Below, one piece after another: positions 52,700-64,000 of a stretch of DNA of 64,000 bases (the first letter of the stretch is position 1; each line of letters begins with the position of its first letter). The notes beneath the pieces are model-generated. The model saw only the letters and a list, made by a program, of their open reading frames with translations, was not told the DNA's origin and ran no database searches. The DNA is from Octopus sinensis (taxonomy: Eukaryota). The stretch spans positions 8,184,001 to 8,248,000 of the forward strand of contig NC_043011.1 in the NCBI RefSeq assembly GCF_006345805.1. Direction: 5' to 3'. Made by a program: the position numbers and the translations under genes.

Positions 52700-53125
52700 A
52701 AACATGGCTGCGTCACTTAGAAATTAGCTTCAAAATTCAAGGTTTTAGGTTCAGCTCTGCTTCGTGGCCCTTGGGCAAGTTTCTTCAGTGTTGGTTTTGG
52801 GGTCTTGTAGCGTTCGGGTGATGAGCGCTTTACGAGATGAAGTTTGTTTGGTAATAGCTATGTTGGCAAATTTACAGAGTCGATGGAGCGTCGGCAAGAA
52901 TACTCCGCCTGCCCCAGCATGACCGCAGTCAAATGATTGAAGCAAGTAAAACAAATAAGATATATATTCTATCTTTTACTTGTTGCGATCATTTGACTGC
53001 GGCCAATCTGGAGCAATGCCGCGCAGGCTTTAGTCGAAGAATTCGAGTTCAGCGCGCATTCCTTTTAAAGCTTGGCACCCATTCCAGCGCCCCCTTTTAC
53101 CGAGCAGTTAATTTACGAGGACTAA
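52700..53125. mobile_element. Second tail-to-tail SINE family A pair
   Basis: Junction sequence closely matches 43960-44170. Confidence 0.8.
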
Positions 53126-53228
53126 AATCTGAGTTCGCATCCAACCGCGGTCAGCTTTGCCTTTTATCCTTTCGCAAACGATAAAAAAACAAAGTACATC
53201 TATCCTCGTTTATCACATGGGGTATGGT

Positions 53229-53545
53229 AAAGGCGCGTAGCCTAGTGCTTAGGATATTTCATCTCACGATCGTATTGCTATGAGTTCGATTCCCAACGGT
53301 GCCATTTGTCCTTAAGTCAGACACTTTGTTTGGCGTTGCTTCAGTCCATTAATCTGGCAAAAAAATTAGTTGTACCAGTAATTACAAAGGGGCCACACTT
53401 GTCACATTCTGTGTCATAGTGAATCTCCTGAATGTATGCATGTCTGTGGCGTACTCAGCCACTTGCACGTTAATTTCATGAGCAGGCTGCTCCGTTGATC
53501 GGTTCAACTGGATCCTACGTCGTCACAACCGACGACGTGCCAGTT
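53229..53545 (+). mobile_element. SINE family C (tail type 1)
   Basis: Matches the reverse complement of 43282-43602. Confidence 0.82.
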
Positions 53546-54339
53546 GCGTGAGGTTTGGTTAAAAGAAAATCACAGAACACAAATAAAAAGCGATAAACGA
53601 ATCAGACCCGTACACAGTTAATAGAACGAATGGTAGATTTATTGAAACGAAACTCACGGCCCACAGCAGCGAACGCTCTACCGTCACATATTTTCTTTTG
53701 CGTCGTTTGTTAAAACCAGGTTTCCTCATATTTTTCTATTCACCGGTCCTATGTTGATGAGTACGACTATGAAAATCCGACTTATCACAGATCAATCCGT
53801 GATAATAAGAAGATGGTTCACAGTTTAACACACTTGTTATCGCGGATCAGTAATGTATGAATTAGTGATAAACGACACTACATATATGTACCAGGTCAGA
53901 GTGGTGGATTGGTAGAACTGTAAAATGCCGAGTCGGACATGTTGCCGCATGTTCTGAGTGTAAATCAAGCCATGACTTTTGTGGGTAGATAACTTAGCCC
54001 ACTGCACGGTCAAACACTGACACTTGACCCCTTAGGTACCATTAGTGGAATCTACTTTGTTACCAACATTTAGGCCTCACCAGTTTGAGGACCAATGCCT
54101 CCCTCCAATCCTTTCCACCCTCTCTCTCTCTTTCTCCCTGCAAGGCGTCATGGACAAACCCCTACCTTGTGACAGACAGAAAAATAATGGACGCCAATAG
54201 GAAGGACGAATCATGTTTGGAGAAGATATGTTCAAACCGTCGACATAAACAGGTTTAACTCTAAATCGTGGGCCTTGAATATCTTTACGGTAGTTCCAGT
54301 CTGGGCCAGTTTTGTGGTCTTTTGTTTCCTTCTTTCAAT

Positions 54340-54524
54340 AGTTAAACTACGGCCATGCTGGGGCTATGCTTTGTTGAGCTGAGTCGAACTAATTGTCTAC
54401 TGCATTTATTTTATTTTCAGTCTGTTGTTTATTTTATTGGACTTTTTTTGCTGAACCATTATGTTACAGGGACACAAACAAACGGACAAAGGTTATCCAG
54501 CAGTGGTGCAGGATGCGCACCGTC

Positions 54525-54557
<33 letters not shown>

Positions 54558-55005
54558 TTATATACATACATACATACGCATGACGGGCTTCTTTCAGTTT
54601 CCTTCTATCAAATGCACCCACAAAGCTTTGGTCGTCTCAGTTATAGTAGAAAGCACTTACGTAAGGTGGTATGAAGTGGGATTGAACACGGAACCATGTG
54701 TCTGGGAAACAAAATTTTTAACACATAGCCACCCCTGCGCCTGTAAATTATTACCTTCCTTCTGCGAGTGCTTGTGAACCTGAAAAGGAAGGGCGAGTCA
54801 AGGGTACTTTCACTCTTCTCATACTAATCTATTAGGGGCAGGCATGGCTTTGCGGCAAGAAGCTTGCCGCCTAACCACATAGTCCCGAGTTCAGTTCTAC
54901 TACGTTGTACCATGAGCAAATGTATTCTACTATAGCCTCGTGCCGACTGAAGCACCCTCAGTTTGTTTTCTAGACGGAAACTGAAAGAATCCTGTCACGC
55001 ACAAA

Positions 55006-55060
<55 letters not shown>

Positions 55061-55293
55061 GTGTGGCTGTATGTGTATGTTTGTCCTTCTATCTGTTTAT
55101 CCCATTCTCGCTTGAAAACTAGCCTTGGTTTATTGACATCCACGTAAATTAGCGGTTCGGCATTTGAGGCCGATATAATAAGTACGAGGTTTTAAAGAAA
55201 AGCAAGTGTCGATTCGTTCGACTGGATTTCTTCCAGGTTGTGCCCCAGCATGACCGCAGTCTACTGTCTGAAACAAGTAAAAGATAAAAGATA
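54340..55293. mobile_element. Head-to-head pair of SINE family A copies (54340-54743 -, 54833-55293 +)
   Basis: Family A motifs in divergent orientation. Confidence 0.83.
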
Positions 55294-55419
55294 AGACGCC
55301 ATATTGAATTTAAAATAATGGTTACATTAGATGTTTAACCCAATGATGGAAGTGGGTGGTGGTGATGGTGTTGGTAGGCGGCGGGAGCAGACAAGTGTAG
55401 GGTGTTCACTCCTCTACAT

Positions 55420-56003
55420 ACATACATACATACATACATACATGGTGGCTGCCCCCCCCCGTTATCGAGTATAGCCATTGCACGAAGCTTAATCAATGTT
55501 GTTATCGTGCAATGCTTGTGCAAGAAGATTTGTTTTAAAGTGAGGAAAGGCTGTGCACTGAGTCAATCCCACTCACTAAGCAACAGCAGTCATGATCCGA
55601 AAAGAAGATCAAGTCAACATCATCGGTAACCACTGAGCCGCAGGTTTTATGTCGGAGTTATCCCAGTTACCTGAGTTACCTTCTCCTAGAAGGATGCCCT
55701 AACAAAGGCTAGGAGTCCTTCACTCCCAATGGTTTAGCCGCGCAATCGGGTATTCAGTCCGATTATTTCTATGTCCCCGCGCATGATTCAGCCCTAAGAC
55801 ATTTATTGGATGGCCATTGACTCTCAAGAGTTCCTCCGCCCTTTGACGTGTTTTGTTTTTCATCCCGCAAGGTGTCCGATAAACACCCTCCTCACCAAGC
55901 AAGCTTGGTGGGATTGCCGGTTTAGTCGCCGACGAACCTCAACCATGCAACAGGTAGTACTGGGTTACATGTTACCAGTAGCACTTGAAAGTGACCTGAC
56001 ATA
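55420..56003 (-). mobile_element. Probable non-autonomous RTE-related retroelement (5' UTR-like part plus 3' tail ending in (TATG)n)
   Basis: GC-balanced island. CCTTCTCCTAGAAGGATGCCCTAACAAAGGCTAGG resembles RTE 5' UTR motifs. Microsatellite tail; no coding motif recognised. Confidence 0.4.
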
Positions 56004-56047
56004 ATTACTTCATTAAAATAAATACATACATATACATACATACATAA

Positions 56048-56120
<73 letters not shown>

Positions 56121-56233
56121 GGGAGAGTTTACGAAAAAAACAAAAGACGAAGACAGGTGGTGTACAAAACAAACAGATGTATTAGTATAACGCTCATATA
56201 TATATATATACATACATACATACATAGATACAG

Positions 56234-56270
<37 letters not shown>

Positions 56271-57148
56271 GATAGATAGATACAGATATAAATATATAGA
56301 TATAGATATATGTTGACATATCTCCAAGAGAAAAAAAATCACAAAAAGTGCGCCTCGTTTGGTAAACACTATAGAAACTTGGTGGTATTCGATCTCAGTA
56401 TCCACCGTATTATTCTCACGTTCATTTGCCGCCATTTTACCGACACTTTAATTGTGACGAAATGTCATTCATTTGTCTGGGTTCAAATGTGGTAACTGTT
56501 GTTTGAATAATTATAAACTGGTGAATTTATTTGCGAAGGAAATCTCCATGTGGTTGATCAATGTGCTAGAAACAACAGACAAATCGAACAGATTAGATTA
56601 TATTCTGCTGTCTTTGAACTAAAGGACACATTTGATAAATATATCACTGCCATACTTTCTGTCTAAATGAATCACTATTTGTATTTTTCACACCGCCCCC
56701 TCCCCCTTTTGCTCTGTCTGTCTGTATGTCTCTCACCCTCTTTTTGTATCATCCTTCTCTCCCTCTCCCTCTCTCTATGTCTCGCTTTATCATTGGCTGA
56801 AACTTTTCTTACACATAACCAGGCACACACGATCGCTGTCTTTCTTTTTCTCCCCTCTCTGTCTCAGACACATACATATTTACACACACACACACACACA
56901 CACACGCAAGCACAAACATATGCACAAACATGACTTTTCCTTCCCTCCCTCTCTCTACTCTCTCTCTCTCTCTCTCTCTCTCGGACATTTTCTTCACTCA
57001 CATAAAAACACAACCTCCAACTTCTCTCTCATATATATCTCTCACTGTCTCTGTCTCTCCCTCTTTCTCTCTCTGTCCTTCTCTCTCACACGATTTACAC
57101 ATCAGCAATATTCCATGCTTTCGCGCTCATTATAAGTCTTCCACGTTG

Positions 57149-57857
57149 AGGCGGCGAGCTGGCAGAATCGTTAGCACGCCGGGCGAATTTCGTCTGCCGC
57201 TACGTTCTGAGTTCAAATTCCGCCGTGTTCGACTTTGCCTTTCATCCTTTCGGGGTCGATAAATTAAGTACCAGTTACGCACTGGAGTCGATATAATTGA
57301 CTTAATCCGTTTGTCTGTCCTTGTTTGTCCTCTGTGTTTAGCCCCTTGTGGGCAGTAAAGAAATATATGTCTTCCACGTTTTTGCCTTTCATTAATTCCC
57401 CTATTCGCTGTCATCAACAATATCAAAGCAAGGAACTAAGAAAACACCAGCAAAAGCAGTTCTATATCAATTAGTGATAATTTTTAATCCGGAAAGCAAT
57501 AACAGCAACTTAGTAATTCTTTCATTCTGTTCTAGACACAACGCCTGAACTTTTATGGGAGGGGACCAATCTTTTACATCGACCCCAGTACTTAACTGGT
57601 ACTTATTTTATCGACTCCGAAAAGACGAAAAGCAAAGTCGATCTCAGCTGAATTTGAATTCGAGACCCACAAGGGGTTAAACACAGAGGAGACAAACAAG
57701 GACAGACAAACGGATTAAGTCGATTATATCGACCCCAGTTGCAACTGGTACTTATTTAATCGACGACGAAAGGATGAAAGGCAAAGTCGACCTCGGCGGA
57801 ATTTGAACTCAGAATGAGGAACTACATACCGCTATGCAATTCATCCGGTCTGCTAGC
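57149..57857. mobile_element. Convergent SINE family B copies (57149-57365 +, 57520-57857 -)
   Basis: GGCGGCGAGCTGGCAGAATCGTTAGCACGCCGGGCG head and family B core. Confidence 0.88.
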
Positions 57858-58760
57858 TTACCAACTTACAACTAATTCGGTGCCAATTGAACATGTGACT
57901 TACCTGGTCACTTGCACTTCAGCGTGCGGTCTAACCCTTAATAAATCCAAATCCTGACCCTAAAGCTTTAACCTTATACCTTAGCACTTACCTTAAACCT
58001 TAGCCCAGATCAGGAAATTTCACAACGTATATCACGGATTCTGTGGTAGCCAGCACGCTATAGTAGCCCCAGTAAATCTTTCTATAATAAGCACAAGGCC
58101 TGACATTTTGTGGGAGCGGTAAGTGGGATTACATCGACCCAGGGTTCAACTGGAGCTTATTTAAAGGACCCCGAAAAATAATGATGAACACGGTGGAATT
58201 TGTACTCAGAACGTAAAACCGGAAGAAACTCCGCTAAGATTTTAGTCCCACGAGCTAACGATTGTGTCAGCTTGGGTGAAGGGGACACCATTTAATTACA
58301 TCCACCCAGCTTCTAGACTGTTACTTAATATTTTATTACCCCCAGGGTTAATAAAATAAAATATAATAAAAGCATATTTGACCTCATCAGAAATTGAACT
58401 CGCGTTGCCAAGAAACGCAACAAAAGACTACTTCAAGGTATTTTGTCCGCCAAAATAATAATGAAAACGATAATTATAAAACACTTAGAACAGTGTATAT
58501 ATATAAACCTATATATATATAGGTATGTATGTATGTAAAGAAAGAAGGAAAAAGCGGTGTACAAAAAAGAATGATGTTTGGTCAGTCAGCAATGGCGAGG
58601 TTTCTCTCTTATTTTTCCCATTGGTACTAATTTTTATGTAGATATTCGGTAAAGAGTGTGGGAAAAACTGGCTGTAAAATTTATTACTTCAAGCCTATAT
58701 AGAGATTATTATTGTTTTGCAAATTCCTCATTCTCTCTCTCCCTCTCAACTCAGGCACAG

Positions 58761-58839
<79 letters not shown>

Positions 58840-59450
58840 TACATGCGTCTGTACGTGTGTGTGCGTGTTTATAGTTTTCTCTGTTCCCTCTCTATCTATA
58901 TCTATGAACATACTTTTCAACACACACACACACACACACGCACACACACACACACACACACAAGCGTAAGCTCAGTCTTATGGACCTATATATCCTGCAT
59001 GTGTGTGTATGTGTGTGTGTGTGTATGGTGTGTGAGTGTAAAATGGGAAAAGAGAGAGCGAAGGATATATACACGTTCAAATACAAAATAATACCCAGGC
59101 ACTTGTACGAATACACACACACACACACTCGCAAATACACACACAAATACACACACGGGCACACCTACGGACACACACTCACGAACACACACACGCACAC
59201 ATACACACGCGTACACCACGCACATTACTGCCACAACATCCACGTGTCATCAGGACAAAAGATGAGATGGCCACGGATAGATGGTCACTGATCACAACGC
59301 CGATCACGCCTGATTGAGTTTGCAGCATGGATGTCTCTACCGAAACCCGCAAGAAATTACCATCCAAAGAGTAAAGACATTAACCCCTCCCCATCTACCC
59401 CATCCACCCCACAGACATACCGTTCTATAATGGAAATATAAAGAAAAAAG

Positions 59451-60583
59451 GGATCTTTTCCTTTTGAACGGCAGACAATTTCTAGTTAACTAAACACTTT
59501 AAAACTTCGTATACTGGTAGAATGTATCAAAATAAAACATTTTTTTCTCTTGGCTTTCTTGAGAAAATTGTGATTTATTTGTTTAACGTAGTTTAATTTT
59601 TCGAATTTTAACCAACACTATGCTCTCTTTTGAGCTAAAATCATTTGCTGCGTCTGAAACAGAGACAACATCCTGTCACTAACCCAAAACCTCCCCCTAA
59701 CCCTAACCCTAAATTTTTTTTTTCTTAATTGTTACGTGTATAAAAAAAAACTAAAGCAATGGAAAATAATTTAAACAAAATAATTCTATAATTTTATACA
59801 CACGCTTTCCGTAACACACCCTTTCCGTATACGTACGGAAAGCGTGTGTATAAAATTATAGAATTATTTTGTTTAAATTATTTTCCATTGCTTTAGTTTT
59901 TTTTTATACACATAACAATTAAGAAAAAAAAAATTTAGGGTTAGGGTTAGGGGGAGGTTTAGGGTTAGTGACAGGATGTTGTCTCTGTTTCAGACGCAGC
60001 AAATGATTTTAGTTCAATGGAGGTAATCGATTGGTTAAAATTGCCGAAATGCTCGGATTTTCAGAAGAAATATCTTACAAACTATAGAATTTTCTCAATA
60101 AAACCAAGAGAAAATGATGTTTTATAAACACACTAGCAGTATCGCCCGGCGTTGCTCGGGTTTGTAAGGGAAATAACTATAAAGCATTTTTAGAGAGTTA
60201 TAGCCAAAAAATGGAAAAGAAATGATGGTAAATTTTTTTTTAGTTATAAAGGTCGAGTTGCGTCCCCTAGACAGTCTGTGGTTTGTGTTTCTGATTCTCG
60301 ACCCCATGTCGAATTTTTCGATTTTTTTCAGAACTGGGGGAACTTTTCAAAATTTTCGCTGCGTTAGTTTTGAATTATGACATTGGGCTATGTGTGTGTC
60401 AAGTTTCATCAGAATCCGTTGAAAGCCGTGGTCAGGGTGAGGGTACAACGTGACAGACACACAGACACACACACAGACAAACTGCCGTTTATATATAGAG
60501 AGATTCTACCAGTATACGAAGTTTAAAACTTTTTAGTTACCTAGAAATTATGTTACAAACTGCCGTTCAAAAGGAAAAGATCC
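59451..60583. mobile_element. Palindromic (foldback) non-autonomous DNA transposon with internal telomere-like (CCCTAA)n/(TTAGGG)n tracts
   Basis: Termini GGATCTTTTCCTTTTGAACGGCAG and CTGCCGTTCAAAAGGAAAAGATCC. Flanks GAAAAAAG/AAAAAAAG are a probable 8 bp TSD. The arms are complementary along the whole length. Confidence 0.88.
60133..60503 (-). mobile_element. Non-autonomous Helitron inserted in the right arm of the foldback element
   Basis: Minus strand A|TCTCTCTATATATAAACGG..CCCGAGCAACGCCGGG..CTAG|T. Absent from the left arm. Confidence 0.9.
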
Positions 60584-62001
60584 AAAAAAAGTATCATCCG
60601 TCGCTATCTACGATGAGTATCTGAGTTGTTTAATCACGTGTGCCACTCATTAATTGAATATATTACTTCTGGGTACTCTACAAAATGCCATCTTCACTAC
60701 GTTATTCATTTCAGGTATGAGAAGTGTATGGCTGAATATACCTCAGTCACATGTACACTACATGTAGTCGTGCTTCGCGACTTACTACATATTAAAGTCT
60801 GACCCTTTCTAACTATTGGTAAATCCATCTTCAGTTTTAATTACTGTATGATTGAATACACCTCAGACACTTGTAATACTTACTAAAATCCTATTCATAG
60901 ATAATCATTCTTTTGTAATTACTCTTTAAGTCTTACTCATTAGTCTTACTCATTAGTCTTAGTCATATTTTCTGTCTTACCAATTTCTTCCAAAAGATTT
61001 GGACCGACATGAAGTTTGTGTAAAATATATTTGTCCAACGAACGGAACGACGGCGTAGAATCGAACCTGGGAGTCTTATACTTGCAAAGTGAATTCCTTA
61101 ACTGTTCAGCTATATCTGCGATGATGCATGATGTTATTCTGAGATGTACAATGTGTTTGAGATACCAAAATAAAATTTAAAAAAAACAAAAAAACAAAAA
61201 AAAAAGTGAGGTGAAGAGCAGAGGGAAAAGGGGGTTGTCACAGTTTGAAAGCACAGCCTCGAGCAACGTTGACGTCTAATGAATAAAAAAGTAGATTAAT
61301 ATCTTATGGCAGGAAAAGAGACAGAGAATGAGGGGGGGGGAAGAAGTAGGGAAGTCGTAAGTTATAACAAGGAACAACCAAAGAAAAAAACCGCCGTTCC
61401 ACAACCCGGCAGCTACCAGCTCCCAACACCGTGCATTACACACACACCACCAAAAAAATATATATATATATATGAAGGCAAAAATAGATTTTAAATCTTT
61501 CCAGTTAACTTATATGTACGGACAGACACACTGACGGACAGACAGGCTGACAGACAGAGAGACAAACAGTGACACAATGAAAGGTATGAGGGAATTCGTA
61601 ATGAGAGGACGATAACCTGTTTTCGTGTGTCTTTATATTTTATACGACTATTCTCTAATTTAATTATTCTATTATTTAACCATTCTATTATTCGTTTATT
61701 CCCATTATTCGTTTATTCCCATTATTCGTTTATTCTATTATTTGATTAATCTATTATGTCTCGGTTTCATTTTACTTATACGTTTATTTTTATTTTATTT
61801 TCTATTTTGTTATATTTCATCTGATTATTTTGTTTTTTGCCGAAGTAATACACAAATACAACTCACGCTAAAAGAGAAGCCCAACCACAATTCTCCCGAT
61901 TATAGTCCTTCGACTGTGGCCATCTTGGGGTTAACAAAAAAATGATAGACAGGTGTGTGTGTGTGTGCGTGTGTGTGTGTGTGTACATCGCAGCACGAAG
62001 C

Positions 62002-62052
62002 TTTGTCAGTGAACAGGTCGCGGTCTCAAAGCGACGAAAATATTTTAGCAAA
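62002..62052 (+). ncRNA. Type I hammerhead-like motif with a G3:C8 swapped core
   Basis: TTTGTCA-GTGAACA-G-GTCGC-GGTCTCAAA-GCGAC-GAA-AATATT-T-TAGCAAA. Confidence 0.5.
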
Positions 62053-62896
62053 TTAAATTTAAATGTTGAAGTGAATCTATCGGTTGTTTTGTGTGTTTTT
62101 TAAATGGCTTATAAACCCCTTCCACGCTACACTTAGACATGTTTTCTGTTTAAGACTCTGACTAAGTCTGGGCAACGTCATACATTAGTTAAGACTGTTA
62201 GATCATTCGTTGTTCATTGTCATTGCGAAAGAAAGTGTATAAATCATATATTTTTATCAATCACCTTAAATCGAATGAGAAATGTCACGGAATATTACCT
62301 ACGTTATAACTGATAGATTCATTTCGTTTTGTTGTTGTTGTTGTTGTTGTTGTTCTTCTTCTTCTTCTTCTCCTTCTTTTCCTCCTTCTTTTCCTTCACC
62401 ATCTTTTCCTCCTCCTCCCCTCCTCCTCCTCTTCCTTCTTCAATTTGCCTTTCATCTCTTTCTTTCGAGATCGATAAGTACCAGTCGCGCACTGGAATCG
62501 ATGTAATCAGCTGACTCTCCACCCCACCTTACCCACCCAAAATGTTAGGCCTTATGCCCATAATAGAAACGATTATTATTATTGTGATTATTATTATCAT
62601 TATTATTATTAATGTTGTTGTTGTTGTTGTTGTATTTTGGAGGTATATATTCAGAAACCAAATGCGACATAATCGCTGTCTTGTTAAACCATTAATATGT
62701 AAACTGGATTGGAGAGCCATTTCGGTAACCAAATTAGTTCGATATTTGTTGCTTTAATCGCTACCAAATACTACTTCTTTATATGTTGTTGTTTAACCCC
62801 TCAAGACTGTTTAGCCAAGGATGGAATGTCTTTCTATATAGAGTGTTTCAGACAGACCAATTTGATTGTGACATAATAATAATAATAATAATAATA

Positions 62897-63207
62897 GCGA
62901 GAACTGTTCCTGTTATTGTGGGAGTCCTAGGTATGATAAGAAAGAGGTCAGAAACAGCTAGATAAGATCCCAGGAGACCCATGCCTCAGAGAAATCAAAA
63001 GATTGTGCTGACAAGTACTGCCCACATCCTTAGAAAAAAAACCTATCAATTTAAATGTATCTTTTGTATTACACGAAGATATTTCACTACAGTCCCAGCC
63101 ACTTTCCCTCCCCAAGCTTTTAGTGATACTGTGACATCTATTATCCTCCACACGACCCAGGACGCCGGGTGTATCTCGGCGAGTGATTGTAACAAACATG
63201 CAGACTA
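62897..63207 (+). mobile_element. 5'-truncated R4/Dong-like (restriction-like endonuclease) non-LTR element end in (TAA)n
   Basis: TVPVIVGVLGMIRK..LDKIPGDPCLREI..QKIVLTSTAHILRK matches the C-terminus of RLE non-LTR ORFs. Flanked by (AAT)n on both sides. Confidence 0.8.
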
Positions 63208-63213
63208 AAATAA

Positions 63214-63250
<37 letters not shown>

Positions 63251-63893
63251 GAAGGCCTGAAATTTAGAAGAAGGGATTATGTCGACCCCAGTGCGTAACT
63301 GGTAATTATTTGATCGACCCCGAAAGAGTGGAAGGTAAAGTCGACCGGGTGGAATTTGAAAACGTAGCTACAGATGAAATATCGCTGAGCATTTCATCCA
63401 GCGCTCTAACAATTCTCCCATCGTCATAATGATGACGATGATGATGATAATGATGATGATGTATGAGCTTTTTGCCGAACGACCCACACAAATGATTTTT
63501 TTATTGGGATCAGATGTTCGTGCCGCTCATTAGTTCGCTCTCTCTCCATTGTTGTCTGAACAGGTGCAGCATGTTCCACAAGTCTGGAGTCGTGAAGTGA
63601 TCGCAGAACAAGGTGAGATGAAGTGTTTTGCTCAAAGACACAATGTACTACTCGACCTAGGAATTGAAACCACGATCAACTTTTTTGTAAAGTGTAATTA
63701 TTTTTCTTTTGAAGTGCTTTTTCTCTGTAATATTTTGTCTTCAAGAGAGAGAGAGAGAGAGAGTTTACAAATATTCTCAGAACTTTTTCATTCGGCTTTG
63801 GAGTTTTTAATTATGTTAAGTTAACCCTAAGCAAGAAAGTGCTGCTTTGAACCCCACCTCACCCAATTGCTCTGTTTGGTTTAACTGATTTAT

Positions 63894-64000
63894 ATGTGGT
63901 AAGTAGCTTGCTTACCAACCACATGGTTCCAGGTTCAATCCCACTGCGTGGCACCTTGAGCAGGTGTCTTCTATTCTAATCTTGGGCCGACCAAAGCCTT
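63894..64000 (+). mobile_element. SINE family A head, running off the window
   Basis: TGTGGTAAGTAGCTTGCTTACCAACCACATGGTTCC. Confidence 0.9.

Noticed and set aside
57925-59952. CCCTAA/TTAGGG tracts as an interstitial telomere or chromosome-fusion scar
   Set aside because: Only 2-3 units, internal to transposon arms or degenerate.
61687-61742. 17 bp tandem repeat ATTATTCGTTTATTCCC, CRISPR-like
   Set aside because: There are no spacers and the context is eukaryotic; it is an ordinary minisatellite.

Overview
This is eukaryotic, AT-rich, microsatellite-saturated non-coding DNA. The SINE families and repeat landscape look like an octopod cephalopod genome, which is an inference from repeat recognition. 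I recognise no intact host gene or exon. Almost all ORFs in the track are translations of (TA)n, (CA)n, (GATA)n or triplet repeats, or of SINEs. The window is a patchwork of mobile elements. LINEs: the 3' end of an L1/Tx1-type LINE (1-1867), a CR1-type RT fragment (16.3-17.5 kb) and a 5'-truncated R4/Dong-type end in (TAA)n (62.9-63.2 kb). DNA elements: a decayed mariner with both TIRs (11.1-12.3 kb), nested hAT MITEs (13.8-14.3 kb), four non-autonomous Helitrons and a 1.1 kb foldback element with a near-perfect 179 bp central palindrome. There are also dozens of tRNA-derived SINEs of at least three modular types. The most interesting signal is a set of unrelated short Penelope-like repeat families. 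Each carries a minimal type I hammerhead-ribozyme-like motif with a palindromic helix III (4.7, 5.0, 7.0, 10.1, 29.6, 47.0 and 62.0 kb). One has a G3:C8 swapped core. Two direct-repeat (pseudo-LTR/retrozyme-like) units carry the hammerhead core motifs in permuted order. All structures were read by eye and are untested. A 100-N assembly gap lies at 35703-35802.
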